Assembly (NCBI GenBank): GCA_965248265.1
Contig: CBDFJF010000001.1
Coordinates: forward strand, 352,001-416,000
Length of the DNA stretch: 64,000 nucleotides
Direction: 5' to 3'
Source of the DNA: Candidatus Latescibacterota bacterium
Lineage (GTDB): Bacteria > Latescibacterota > UBA2968 > UBA8231
The notes beneath the pieces are model-generated. The model did no database searches. It saw nothing but the letters and a program-made list of their open reading frames with translations, and was not told the DNA's origin. The position numbers and the translations under genes are program-made. Positions 1 to 10,128 of the stretch are shown one piece after another; positions within the stretch are counted from its first letter, which is position 1, and each line of letters begins with the position of its first letter.

Positions 1-240
1 TCTCCGGGAAACAACGAGATCACCGTCGACCTGCTGCTGCGGCGCCCTGGGGTCACGATCGGCGCCAAGGAGTTGGTTTCAGTCCCCGGCTCGATGCTTT
101 CTGTAGTGCGATCGTCGAGACACTCGGGTGAAACCGTGTTTACCCAGGGGGCCGTGTTGGCTACGCAGACGTTGGTCACCGACTACGTTGTCTCAGGCCA
201 AAGGCAGCTTCCCATCACCGTTGACCGGAGGGCTCGATGA
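1..240 (+). CDS. 3' end of a gene truncated by the window edge (possibly a SpoIVB/S55 peptidase-domain protein)
   Basis: Frame 1 is open from base 1 (SPGNNEITVDLLLRRPGVTIG...VVSGQRQLPITVDRRAR) to TGA 238-240, which overlaps the next ATG (ATGA). The family guess rests on gene context only. Confidence 0.6.
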   Translation, partial: SPGNNEITVDLLLRRPGVTIGAKELVSVPGSMLSVVRSSRHSGETVFTQGAVLATQTLVTDYVVSGQRQLPITVDRRAR

Positions 241-2471
241 GGAAGGTTTTCGCAGGAATGACAGTGGTGGGGTTGATGGCAGGTGGTAGCCTGGCGGCGA
301 CTTCCTCCTTCTGGACCGTCACCACACAGGAGGGGTTCGCGGCCGGGGAGTTGACCAACGCGTCCGTCAACAGCGGCGGCAGGGTCAGCCTGGCTCCGCC
401 ACTGGAGCAACTGGCCGACACTGAAGAGCTGTACGTCTGGTCCATGGTGCGCGATGCCGTGGGCAACGTCTTCGTCGGGACGGGCAACAACGGTAGGGTG
501 TTCAAGATGTCACCGGACGGTGCGTTGTCCCTGCTCGCCGACCTGGAAGAGCCCGACGTTCTGTGCCTGTTGATGCGCCTGGACGGTGAACGCTTGTACG
601 CGGGCACTTCCGGCGGCGGAACCGTCTATGAAATCGATCTGTCGGGCTCGGTGAGCTCATTCCATGACACCGCGGAGCGCTACGTCTGGGATCTCGCCTT
701 CGACGACGAAGGCCGCCTTCTCGCAGCTACCGGGGACAATGGCCGCATCTACCGCATCGACGGATCAGGCAATGCGACCCTGTTCTTCGACTCTCCCGAA
801 ACCCACATCATGTACCTGGAACCGGGCAGTGATGGAGTTGTGTTCGCGGGGGGTGAAGGCAAGGGATTGGTGTACAGGTTGTCGCCAGGCGGAGATCCGT
901 TCGTCCTGCACGAAGTGGCCGAACCAGAGGTGTGTTGTTTGCTCCTGGGCGCAGACGGAGCATTGTACGCCGCGGGGATCTCGGTTCCGGGAACAGGTCC
1001 GAGGGGTTCGCCTGTGCCCGTGGGCCCGGTGCCCGCGCCAGTGGCGCCCACGACCGGGGCTCAGGGCATGGATGAGCCGCAAAACGGGACTCCTCCGGTA
1101 GCTCCACCTGGTGTCATGCTGCAGATGGCCCCACCGGGTGCGCCCCGTGGCCCGGGGGGAGGTCGTTCCACCATCTACCGCATCGATCCCGACGGTGTGG
1201 TCACACCGATCTGGCAGTCCTCCAACGACGTCGTCCATGCTCTCCACCTGGACGTCGACGGCAGCTTGATAGCAAGCACAGGGCAACGTGGCCGTCTTTA
1301 CCGCATCGACCCGACAGACCAGACCTGGGCGGTGATGGGAGAGGTGTCAGCGTCCCAGCTGACGAGGATCGTCGACCTGGGAGGCGGTGAGATGTTGTTG
1401 GGTGCTGCCAACATGGGAACGCTGTTCCGTGTCGGTTCCGGCCATGCGCGGGACGGCACGCTGGAATCCACCGTCTACGATGCCTCGACCTGGTCGACGT
1501 GGGGACGGCTGTCCTGGCGTGCAAAGACCCCGGGAGGCACTTCGATTGCATTCCAGACCAGGTCAGGAAACAGCTCGGATCCGGACAGTTCCTGGAGTCC
1601 CTGGACGCCGCTTGACAAAATGGATGACGACGGGGATGACGACAGGGATAACGGCGGCGGTCAGGCAGCAAGCCCCAATGCCCGTTTCGTGCAATGGCGG
1701 GCCGAGTTGAGCAGCAGCAAACAAGCGCACACACCGCTCTTGCAACGGGTGTCGCTGGCCTACATACAGCGAAATCTGAAACCGGAGGTCCATCGCGTGG
1801 CCGTCATCCCGCGGTCCAGTTCCAGGAACAACAGCCGGCCACCGGAAGCAGCCAACCCGGGTGGTGGGCAACCTGACTCGAGTCCGGCGCCAGGACCACC
1901 GCCAGCGCCAACTGACCATCCTGTGAGGGGATCGTGGGTAGTCAAGTGGCAGGCAACCGACGGCAACGCGGACCGGCTGCAGTACGATCTCTACTTCCGG
2001 TCATTCGATGAGGAAGAGGACTCATGGCGTCTGTTGGCGGAAGACTTGAGCAGCGAATCCCACCGTTGGGACACGGCATCCTTTCCCGACGGGTTCTATG
2101 AATTGAAGGTTGTGGCCTCGGACGAGCGCTCCAATCCGCCTGAGGTGGCGTTGAGGGCACACAAGACCAGCGAGCCCGTCCTCGTCGACAACACGCCGCC
2201 GGAGATTCGAGGTCTGAAACTGAAGTCTGGTGATGACGGGACCGTTCACGTCAGTGGAGTGGCGCAGGATGGCATTGGGCCGCTCACGGAAGGCTATTAC
2301 CGCGTCGACGCCGGCGACTGGGTACCGATGTTCGCTGCCGACGGCATCTTCGACTCAACCAAGGAGCCGTTTGCGTTCGAGGTATGGTTGGGCGAGGGAA
2401 GCGGACATGCCCTCGTCGTCCGCGTAGCCGACGTCGCCGGCAACGTCGCCCTGGAACGCGTCCTGCGTTGA
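237..2471 (+). CDS. Secreted beta-propeller (WD40/NHL-like) protein with Pro-rich linkers and C-terminal Ig/FN3-like domains
   Basis: 744 aa ORF with an N-terminal signal peptide, repeated GTGxxGxVYxI blades and a C-terminal VRVADVAGN Ig-like motif. Confidence 0.8.
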   Translation: MRKVFAGMTVVGLMAGGSLAATSSFWTVTTQEGFAAGELTNASVNSGGRVSLAPPLEQLADTEELYVWSMVRDAVGNVFVGTGNNGRVFKMSPDGALSLLADLEEPDVLCLLMRLDGERLYAGTSGGGTVYEIDLSGSVSSFHDTAERYVWDLAFDDEGRLLAATGDNGRIYRIDGSGNATLFFDSPETHIMYLEPGSDGVVFAGGEGKGLVYRLSPGGDPFVLHEVAEPEVCCLLLGADGALYAAGISVPGTGPRGSPVPVGPVPAPVAPTTGAQGMDEPQNGTPPVAPPGVMLQMAPPGAPRGPGGGRSTIYRIDPDGVVTPIWQSSNDVVHALHLDVDGSLIASTGQRGRLYRIDPTDQTWAVMGEVSASQLTRIVDLGGGEMLLGAANMGTLFRVGSGHARDGTLESTVYDASTWSTWGRLSWRAKTPGGTSIAFQTRSGNSSDPDSSWSPWTPLDKMDDDGDDDRDNGGGQAASPNARFVQWRAELSSSKQAHTPLLQRVSLAYIQRNLKPEVHRVAVIPRSSSRNNSRPPEAANPGGGQPDSSPAPGPPPAPTDHPVRGSWVVKWQATDGNADRLQYDLYFRSFDEEEDSWRLLAEDLSSESHRWDTASFPDGFYELKVVASDERSNPPEVALRAHKTSEPVLVDNTPPEIRGLKLKSGDDGTVHVSGVAQDGIGPLTEGYYRVDAGDWVPMFAADGIFDSTKEPFAFEVWLGEGSGHALVVRVADVAGNVALERVLR

Positions 2472-2489
2472 ACCTGTTCCGCGACTACG

Positions 2490-3809
2490 CTACGGCGAAG
2501 CGATGCAGTAAAGGGAATGATGGCCGCGCAGAAATATCTGGTCGCCTGATATGGCAGGTGAGGCACTGAAACTGTCGTCGAGTTGGTTGGTGGCGACCAG
2601 GTTGAATTGTGCACCGTGCCGCAGCACGGCCGTGACGCCATTGGTGCCAACGACGTAGACATGGTCGCCGGCGCCGACCAGCGAGGCGTAAACGCCGTCT
2701 ATTCCATCCAAGCGCTGCTTGTCGAAAACGAGTGTGCCGTCCGTGGTGCTTACCGCTGACACGATGTTGCCGTTGCGTTTGATCAGATAGAGGGTTTCGT
2801 CATACAGCAGCGGAGATGGTATATACGGTGTATCCTCGTCACGTCTCCAGGCAACCGCATCGGTACCGGTGATGTCCCCTTTGGCGGCGGACAGTCGAAT
2901 GGCCATCAAGGAATTGCCGCGAAAGCCGCTGGTGATGAAAACCAAATCACCGAGTGCCACCGGTGTCGGAATCACGTTCACGGTCATGCCTCCACTCTCC
3001 CACAGGGAACGTCCTGTGGTCAGCTCGTAGGCGCGAATCCGGTTGGTCGCACTCGTGATGACTTGAGGTGTGCTGTCGACTTCGATGATGAGCGGCGTAG
3101 ACCATGAAGTGGCTTCGTCGCGTTGCCGTTTCCACAGCTGCGCTCCCGTGTTCTTGTTCAAAGCAACAATAAAGGACTGACCTTCGTGGTCCCAATTGAT
3201 TACGAGAGTGTCACCGTGAAGGGCGGGTGAACTGCCTTCGCCGAATCCACGGCGCGTCTGCATGTCTCCCAGGTCCGTCTCCCAGATAAGTGTTCCGTCC
3301 ATATCGAAGCAATAGATGCCGGCGGATCCGAAGGAAGCGTAGAGATGAGTGCCATCGGTCACCGGTGATGCCGAGGCCCAGCTGCCGGCGGGGTGGATGG
3401 ATTCGTGTGGTTGCTGAGATCGGGCAACGCGCTGCCACAACAAAGATCCGTCCAGGCGTGAAAAGGCCACCACGGTGTAGTCGTAAGCTCCAGCCGGCTG
3501 CACGCCACGTCCATGTTGTTGGCCGCTCTGTGGCGGCTCCTGAGCCGCAGGTTCCACTTCCGGTTGCGGTACGGCCGCGCACACGAAGATGCGGTCGCCC
3601 CACACGACTGGTGATGAATGACCCTGTCCGGGGATCGACACCTTCCACCTGATATTGTCCTTCTCACTCCAAGTCAGGGGCGGATCAGCCGCCGGCGCCG
3701 CTCCCGTACCGTCGGGTCCTCGCCACTGTGGCCAGTTGTGTAGTGCGTCAGACGGCTCTCGTGATAGTAGTGGGCTGGCGAGCGGGAGCAGGAGGAGAAG
3801 AGCGATCAT
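2490..3809 (-). CDS. PQQ-binding-like beta-propeller repeat protein (BamB-like)
   Basis: Signal peptide MIALLLLLPLAS, WPQWRGP motif, and repeated SSPV/ASPV plus GxxxW blades. The ATG at 3809 overlaps the upstream stop (TGATG). Confidence 0.85.
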   Translation of the reverse strand: MIALLLLLPLASPLLSREPSDALHNWPQWRGPDGTGAAPAADPPLTWSEKDNIRWKVSIPGQGHSSPVVWGDRIFVCAAVPQPEVEPAAQEPPQSGQQHGRGVQPAGAYDYTVVAFSRLDGSLLWQRVARSQQPHESIHPAGSWASASPVTDGTHLYASFGSAGIYCFDMDGTLIWETDLGDMQTRRGFGEGSSPALHGDTLVINWDHEGQSFIVALNKNTGAQLWKRQRDEATSWSTPLIIEVDSTPQVITSATNRIRAYELTTGRSLWESGGMTVNVIPTPVALGDLVFITSGFRGNSLMAIRLSAAKGDITGTDAVAWRRDEDTPYIPSPLLYDETLYLIKRNGNIVSAVSTTDGTLVFDKQRLDGIDGVYASLVGAGDHVYVVGTNGVTAVLRHGAQFNLVATNQLDDSFSASPAISGDQIFLRGHHSLYCIASP

Positions 3810-4216
3810 CAAGGAATCTTCTGCGACGCCAACGCCAGGGTGTTTCCATCCGGGTCCTGGAAGAAGGCCATCCACTCTTCGTTGCCGGCCGCTCCGAATG
3901 TCCCCTCCGCGTCGCGATGAATCATCTGGGGCTCGCCTTCGAATTCGATACCGGCTTCAGACAACGACTGGTAGGCCGTGTCGATATCATCCACTCGGAA
4001 GTAGAGTGCAGCGTTGCCCGAGCTGGTATCCGATGCCATGCCTGAGAGCAGCAGTCGAACTCCGTTGAAATTGAAGAAGGCGAGACCTGGCGGATCGAAC
4101 TTGACGATCAGTTCAGCCCCCAGTTTGTCACGGTAGAACTCGACCGAGCGGTCGATGTCGGAGGAGGGGATCGAAATCTGATGGATGGTGCCGAGGGCAA
4201 GATCGGTGGCGGCCAT
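3809..4216 (-). CDS. VOC/glyoxalase family protein
   Basis: IHQISI..DIDRSVEFYRDKLG, LYFRVDDID and FQDPDGNTLAL motifs; start taken at MAATD. Confidence 0.85.
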   Translation of the reverse strand: MAATDLALGTIHQISIPSSDIDRSVEFYRDKLGAELIVKFDPPGLAFFNFNGVRLLLSGMASDTSSGNAALYFRVDDIDTAYQSLSEAGIEFEGEPQMIHRDAEGTFGAAGNEEWMAFFQDPDGNTLALASQKIP

Positions 4217-4284
4217 GGCTGCTCCAATGCGTGGTGAGGGCGTGCAATCCTGGTGAGGACGACAATATAGACCAACGACCTTTC

Positions 4285-4869
4285 TCATATCGCGGATATT
4301 TTGTCTTCCATACTCGTAGTCGGAGCCGTGCGTCGAAGGGCAAGCAAGGTAATCAGACCCACCCCCAGGCCGATCATGGGTACGAGTAATGGCTGCCCGC
4401 CGGGACAGATCGAAAAAAGCATCGGAATGCCGTACCCGAGTATATAGCCCAATCCGTAACCGATCACGTTGACGATTACCCAGCGGGCAAAGGTGGATCT
4501 CAGACCCAGCATAAGGCCCTGGGCGACGCCGACGAACAGACCGATAGGCAGACCGATCCATGCCCGATCATCCGTCCAATTCAACCAGTCTACTATGAAC
4601 TCTGCTGCCGCCCAGCCAATGGCAAAGCCTATAGCAGTGGCCAGACTCCAGCCGACGACGAGTCTTCTCAACAGGACGACACCCTGCGCCAGGCCTATGA
4701 AGACACCGACGGCGGCACCTGTGATGATGTTGGCGATGTAACATCCTGCATGGGGTTGGGCGTAGTAGTGTACCCAGTAGAATGAGTAACCAACCGAAAC
4801 GCCGATTACGTTGGCCAGCGTCCAGGTCACAGCGAACCTGGCCCCGAAGGGATTGAGTTCGGCCTTCAT
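4285..4869 (-). CDS. Hypothetical multi-pass membrane protein (Gly-rich TM repeats)
   Basis: 194 aa with repeated W..AN.IG / G..IGLAQ hydrophobic helices. Confidence 0.7.
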   Translation of the reverse strand: MKAELNPFGARFAVTWTLANVIGVSVGYSFYWVHYYAQPHAGCYIANIITGAAVGVFIGLAQGVVLLRRLVVGWSLATAIGFAIGWAAAEFIVDWLNWTDDRAWIGLPIGLFVGVAQGLMLGLRSTFARWVIVNVIGYGLGYILGYGIPMLFSICPGGQPLLVPMIGLGVGLITLLALRRTAPTTSMEDKISAI

Positions 4870-4885
4870 GAATAGTACCTGAGGA

Positions 4886-5227
4886 TCAGTCTTCGTGAGG
4901 GTGTTTAGGATTATTCCCGGTCCGAATATCAGAGACGTGCCAACGTCTGGCCAGCACCAGAAAGAGCAGTGACAGGAAAACGGTCACCCACCCGACGACA
5001 AAGGTGCTGCCTGCAATGCCGTGGTCGAGGGCCAACCAGCCGAAGGCCAGATTGAAAGTGATATGACCGATTTCTCTGCTGAAACTGACGACGGAGGTAA
5101 CGGTTGCCCGCGCATCCTGTTCGATGGCTGATTGCAACCTCGAAGCGAGCAAGATATCAACGAAGGCGAACGCGAAGAAGAAGAAACCCAGGAATGGCAC
5201 AACCAGGTTCCGGTCAACACATAAGGT
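4886..5227 (-). pseudogene. C-terminal fragment of an MFS transporter
   Basis: LQSAIEQDARATVTSVVS resembles the MFS TM10-11 loop. An in-frame TAG lies just upstream and there is no N-terminal portion. Confidence 0.6.
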
Positions 5228-5619
5228 CTACAACGATGCCCCCAACACTCTTGTCACTTCTCGCGATGTGACTTCCTCACAGAAGGGGTCTTGATCCCAT
5301 ATGCCGGCAGGCTTTTCACAAAAGAATCCCCGATTATGCCGAAAACTGCAATCGCGTTCTTGTTCAACTTGTAAACTGAAGGACCGATAAGGGGTCACTG
5401 TCAATAGACTATATCGGTTGAGGCTTGGAGTCGAGTGGGATGGGAGCTTGTCTGGGTGCGAATGGGTATTCGGCGGCATTGCGAACATGGATTCAGGGCG
5501 GGCTGGTATTTCAATGCTCGAACACGTGGAGGAAGGTCTCAAGTCCCTCGGCCTGAAAGGACGCTCCGTCACCTGCTTTCTTCCGTGTCTGAGTGCGCAA
5601 ACCACGGATCGAGGTCAGC

Positions 5620-8600
5620 TCACACTGAGGTCTTCCTCACCGATTCCAGCACGCTCAACACCGAGTCCATGTCGAACGAATCGACGTGGGGCTTGAGCAG
5701 TGCGGCCAGCTTCGCTTCATCCTCGCTCGCACACGCCATCTCCGCAATCACCAAGCGCAGTTCGGTTACATTTGCCACCTCAGCGGCTGCCCGCACACGC
5801 TCGTGCAGGTCAGCAGAAACTGTAGTCGATTCCAAGACCGCCGGTCCGGCCTCTTCGGGCGCGGCCTGATTCGCCGTTTCCTCAAATGCGACACCCAGCA
5901 TCTGCTCGAGGCACTGACAAATTTGGCCAACCCGTACCGGTTTGCCGATGAACTCGTCGAAGCCAGCCGACAGGTAGTGTTGCCGCTCGTGTTCCAGAGT
6001 TGAAGCGGATACGGCGACAATCTTGAGAGCCAGGTCCGGGTCCGCTACGAGTTTCCGCATAGCCTCCATGCCATCCATCTCGGGCATGCGGATGTCCATG
6101 AATACGATGTCCGGTCGCTCACGTCGACTGATCTCGAGCGCTTCGATACCGTTGACGGCGGAGTGCACTTCGACACCGATCGCCCCCAGCAACTGCTCCA
6201 GAATATCCCGGTTCTCGGGCACGTCATCAGCCACCAACGCTTTCACCTGACAGCCGCCAGCCAACCGCCTGACGCGGCCATAGTCTTCTTTGTGCTCGCG
6301 CACTCCTCCTGCCGCGGTCGAAAGCGGCAGAGTGAAGTAAAAGCGTGTGCCTTCGCGAGACGATTCAAACTCCAGTTCCCCACCCATCAAGTGTACAAGA
6401 CGGCGCGAGACGGCCAGGCCCAAGCCTGTCCCTCCGGTGTCCCTGCCTGCCTCTCCTTGCTGGAACGGCTGGTACAGTGTTTTCTGTTCCTCTTCCGAGA
6501 TCCCTCTCCCGCTATCGATAACCTCGAAGAGATAAGTCTCACCTCCAACCTGCGCGACGCGCAGCGTTACGTCTCCTTCCTGCGTGAACTTCACCGCGTT
6601 GCCCAACAGGTTGATCAGCACCTGCATCAACTTACTCTCATCGCCATATACCAGAACGTGTGACTCTTTCAAACTCTTGAGCTTCCAGCCCAGCGCCTGC
6701 TCGCGGCATCGTAGCTGGAACATCTCTGACACACTCTGCAGTAACCTTACCAGGTCGAAGTCGACGGCGTGAACATCCATGCGGCCGGCTTCGATCTTGG
6801 AGATATCCAGTACCTCGTTGATCAACCTGAGCAGGTGATCACCACTCGCCTGGATTGTTTCCACAGCCTGTCGATGGTTGTCCACCAACTCCGGACTGCT
6901 TTGCATGATCTGCGCATACCCGATGATGGCATTCATCGGGGTCCGGATCTCATGGCTGATATTGGCCAGAAATTGCGACTTCGCCTGGCTGGCCAGTTCG
7001 GCGGCCTCCTTGGCCTCCAGCAGCCCGGCGTTGGACTGTTCGAGCTCGGCGATGAGGCGATTCTGGGCATCCGCGGCCTCGGTGAAGTCCCGGTAACGTG
7101 CGTGCGCGAGGTCGACGACTTCGACGAAATCCTCTATGCGGGCGATCTCCCAGTTGCTGAAGGGCTCTGCTTGTCCACGCCAACCGCGGCGCACACAGAT
7201 GACGCCTGTTTCGAATGGAACGTCCAGAGCCCACACCGTGCCTGATGCGGCCAGTCCCACGTCAGCAGTACCCGAAAGCGGCGCCCACACCTCTTTCTCT
7301 CGAGGATCCATCTGTCGTGGTTTGGGTACGCCCGTGCGTGCCTCTGCCAGGAAACGTCCAACCTCATCCGGGTCCGAGATCGTGGACCTCTGCAACGCGC
7401 CCGCCGAGTCGACCTGCAACGCCTCGACGTGCGAGGTACCCTTCGGCGTGCACAGGGTGAGCTGGTCGAAATGCAGGCCGACGACCAGCAGTTCGTCCGC
7501 AATCTGGGCAAGCACTGTCTGCAGGTGCTCCGGCTGTTTCATATCGAGCACGGTTTGCCGTACGCGCTCCCGTGCTTCCTCGATGGTGAGGCTGCGTAGA
7601 TGCCCAGCGACCTCCTCGTCCTGAGTCTGAACGCTTTCCAGGACGTGGCTGGCGACGGAACGTCCAGCAACATTGAGGACCTCGGCAAGCACCCGCGGTC
7701 CGCCGACCTCCTGGTGTGCGCCCGGCACATTGCGAAGGGTGTGTTCGAGGTCTTCCTCGATATCCTTCAATACTGAGGGAGTCACGTTTTCCATGGTCGC
7801 CATCCGGTACGACACATCAGCCTGCAGGCGTGGTGAGAGCTGGGCCAGCATGGCTCCAGACTGTCGCGGATCCACTTGCGAGAGGATGAGAGCGATGGTT
7901 TGGGGGTGCTCGCGTGAGATGTGGAGGGCTACGTGCTCAGGGCTGATGTTCTTGAGGATGTAGGTGCCCGATGACGCGGTGCTGGTAACGCGCGCAAAGA
8001 TCTCATCCGCCTTGCGCCTTCCGACAGCATGCTCCAGAGCGTTCCGGGTGAACTCGGTGCCTCCGCTTGCCATCCAATCGCCAGAGCGCAGACGCCCAAC
8101 GAACTCGTCGAGCTCACGGGCGTGAATCTCGGCGGACACGTTCTGTAACGCCGCCATGGACTGGGAGACCACTTCAATCTCGTAGTCGGACAGGAGCTTG
8201 AGGATCTTTCCAGTCAACTGCTCACCGAGCCCGACCAGGACGATGGCAACCTTGACCATTGACGGCAGTTCCTCTGAGGGTGAATCAGCGTTTTCCTCGA
8301 GGGCCATGGTGCGAACGATCCGAGCAGCGTCAGCGATGTGGTGGGCAACAAACTCTCTCGGCGTCAGTGTCGCCTGGTCGATCTCCTGCCGGGGGGTGGG
8401 TGGCGCTGGTTCGCCTGCAGTGCCGCCGGTCGATTCGTCGGACAGCGGTTCCGTGTCGGCAGCTGGCGGCGGGTGTAATGCGTGTTCGGCAACGCCGGGC
8501 ACGAACCTGGGTGCAGGCTGGAGCCTGGGGGAGCCCGGTTGTCGGCTCGCGGCGAGCAGTGAGGCGGACAGGCTCCATGCCGGTTCCGGGTAGGGTGGGG

Positions 8601-8715
8601 GAAGTGGCATGGCGTCCACCTCCGTCAGGGTCAGTGGCAGCCAGTCGGCGACGGTCGCCCGCGCTGTCCTGCCAGCGGCGAGTCCCAGGATCCGTGGCTC
8701 AGTCTTGGGAGTCAT
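5620..8715 (-). CDS. FliG(N/M/ARM-C)-GAF-like-HisKA-HATPase-REC fusion; soluble hybrid histidine kinase
   Basis: FliG segment [10 protein letters not shown]...[12 protein letters not shown]...VGGPRV. Kinase motifs: H-box [19 protein letters not shown]-box [11 protein letters not shown]1 DSGRGI, G2 [12 protein letters not shown] motifs: [17 protein letters not shown]. No TM helix seen. Confidence 0.9.
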   Translation of the reverse strand: MTPKTEPRILGLAAGRTARATVADWLPLTLTEVDAMPLPPPYPEPAWSLSASLLAASRQPGSPRLQPAPRFVPGVAEHALHPPPAADTEPLSDESTGGTAGEPAPPTPRQEIDQATLTPREFVAHHIADAARIVRTMALEENADSPSEELPSMVKVAIVLVGLGEQLTGKILKLLSDYEIEVVSQSMAALQNVSAEIHARELDEFVGRLRSGDWMASGGTEFTRNALEHAVGRRKADEIFARVTSTASSGTYILKNISPEHVALHISREHPQTIALILSQVDPRQSGAMLAQLSPRLQADVSYRMATMENVTPSVLKDIEEDLEHTLRNVPGAHQEVGGPRVLAEVLNVAGRSVASHVLESVQTQDEEVAGHLRSLTIEEARERVRQTVLDMKQPEHLQTVLAQIADELLVVGLHFDQLTLCTPKGTSHVEALQVDSAGALQRSTISDPDEVGRFLAEARTGVPKPRQMDPREKEVWAPLSGTADVGLAASGTVWALDVPFETGVICVRRGWRGQAEPFSNWEIARIEDFVEVVDLAHARYRDFTEAADAQNRLIAELEQSNAGLLEAKEAAELASQAKSQFLANISHEIRTPMNAIIGYAQIMQSSPELVDNHRQAVETIQASGDHLLRLINEVLDISKIEAGRMDVHAVDFDLVRLLQSVSEMFQLRCREQALGWKLKSLKESHVLVYGDESKLMQVLINLLGNAVKFTQEGDVTLRVAQVGGETYLFEVIDSGRGISEEEQKTLYQPFQQGEAGRDTGGTGLGLAVSRRLVHLMGGELEFESSREGTRFYFTLPLSTAAGGVREHKEDYGRVRRLAGGCQVKALVADDVPENRDILEQLLGAIGVEVHSAVNGIEALEISRRERPDIVFMDIRMPEMDGMEAMRKLVADPDLALKIVAVSASTLEHERQHYLSAGFDEFIGKPVRVGQICQCLEQMLGVAFEETANQAAPEEAGPAVLESTTVSADLHERVRAAAEVANVTELRLVIAEMACASEDEAKLAALLKPHVDSFDMDSVLSVLESVRKTSV

Positions 8716-9791
8716 TGACGTTTCTCCTCACCCGCCGCGATCTCGACCGCGCTTTGCGCCAACCGAAAGCCGATGTGCTCGTTCGCATGGTCCTGCGGCG
8801 CGCTGTTGCGATGGATCGTCCTCACGTTGGGACGGGTCTCGGCATAAAAACCGCCCCGGATTACTCGCTCTTCGCCCGTGTCGGGTCCCTGTGGGTCCAG
8901 GTCAGGACTGTATGGGTAGTAGTTCGACTGGTAGAAGTCAGCGCACCACTCGTAGGCGTTGCCGGCCATGTCCCAGGCTCCGTATGGGCTACGGCCAAGG
9001 GGAAACTCATCGACCGGGGTTGTCGTGCCCACGAGATTGTTGGAATTACATCGTTCGCCATCGACGAAGTGATTCCCCCACGGGTAGAGGCGTCCGTCGT
9101 TGCCGCGGGCTGCCTTCTCCCATTCCGCTTCGGTCGGCAGACGTTTGCCGCGCCATCGGGCGTACTCATTCGCGTCTTCCCATGAGACGTTGACGACCGG
9201 ATGCCTCGACGTGCCCACGGGGTATGTTCCGTCGTGCCAGGCAGGCGGGGCGCGGTGTGAAGTGGCGTTCACGAACTCCTGGTAGCTGTGGTTGGTCACG
9301 GGATAGGCGTCGATGTAGTAGGGTGACATATCTAGTGTGTGAGTGGGTCGCTCGTTGTCCGGGCTGTCGCCTTCGTTGCTACCCATGACGAAGGAGCCGC
9401 CCGGAACGGCTACCATGCCCATCACGTCTTCCATCAATTCTGGTCCGCGCTCGATGGCTTCATAGGCGATGGTTTCGCGAAAGGCTCGAGTGATGCCAGA
9501 TGCCTCCGGCGCAGCGATCTGCTTGATCCTGCAACTGATCAGGTCGCTGCCGACGACGATGTCCCCATGGGCGAACAAGCGATCGTTTACTCGTACATCG
9601 TAGGATCGTCCTACGCGCTTGTTGAGCGTGATAAGGCCGCCGGGCTGCAGCTGCGCAAAAGCGTTCAGGCTCATCTGTAAGCGGCCGAGCTCGACCCTTA
9701 CTTCAAAGCGGATATCTCTGAGATGAGCCAGATTGCCGATTTCACGATCGACCATCTCTCTGGCGTCCGCTTCCGTAATCTTGCTGTTCAT
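8712..9791 (-). CDS. FliM/FliN C-terminal (SpoA) domain fused to an FGE-sulfatase/SUMF1-like domain
   Basis: N-terminal [12 protein letters not shown]...[13 protein letters not shown] (SpoA). C-terminal [43 protein letters not shown] and GFR (FGE fold). Confidence 0.88.
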   Translation of the reverse strand: MNSKITEADAREMVDREIGNLAHLRDIRFEVRVELGRLQMSLNAFAQLQPGGLITLNKRVGRSYDVRVNDRLFAHGDIVVGSDLISCRIKQIAAPEASGITRAFRETIAYEAIERGPELMEDVMGMVAVPGGSFVMGSNEGDSPDNERPTHTLDMSPYYIDAYPVTNHSYQEFVNATSHRAPPAWHDGTYPVGTSRHPVVNVSWEDANEYARWRGKRLPTEAEWEKAARGNDGRLYPWGNHFVDGERCNSNNLVGTTTPVDEFPLGRSPYGAWDMAGNAYEWCADFYQSNYYPYSPDLDPQGPDTGEERVIRGGFYAETRPNVRTIHRNSAPQDHANEHIGFRLAQSAVEIAAGEEKRQ

Positions 9792-10093
9792 CAGACGGCC
9801 CCATCCCTTACGATTTCGGTTACGCGCACCCCGAAGTTCTCGTCTACGGTAACCACCTCTCCCCGCGCTCGGACTCTGCCGTTGAGCAGGATGTCGATCG
9901 GCTCGCCCACGGCTCGTTCAAGCTCGAACAGGGAACTGTCCCCAACCTGCAGCAGTTGATCCAGCGTACAGTTCGTTCGTCCCAGCTCGAAGGCAACGGT
10001 CACTTCCACATCGCGCGTGAAATCTTCGACCGCTGACTCCTCTTTCCGCGGGGGTTGTCTTTGCGTTGGAGTATGCTTGTCTTTGCCAGCCAT
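9791..10093 (-). CDS. fliN: Flagellar motor switch protein FliN homolog
   Basis: DVEVTVAFELGRT...GEPIDILLNGRVRARGEVVTVDENFGVRVTEI, a classic FliN SpoA domain. Confidence 0.9.
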   Translation of the reverse strand: MAGKDKHTPTQRQPPRKEESAVEDFTRDVEVTVAFELGRTNCTLDQLLQVGDSSLFELERAVGEPIDILLNGRVRARGEVVTVDENFGVRVTEIVRDGAV

Positions 10094-10128
10094 GCTGCAA
10101 TCTCCGTGTTAGTGTTGGTGCGCCGTGA

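Noticed and set aside
5228-5619. Possible riboswitch or structured RNA downstream of the kinase fusion
   Set aside because: Only short inverted repeats; no recognisable riboswitch consensus.
8712-8830. FGE/CLec C-terminus as a diversity-generating retroelement variable region
   Set aside because: No reverse transcriptase and no adenine-variant template repeat were seen in the window; a remote DGR cannot be excluded.
8259-9193. Long plus-strand ORFs (308 aa and 194 aa) opposite the fusion genes
   Set aside because: Antisense shadow ORFs typical of high-GC coding DNA, with no motifs.
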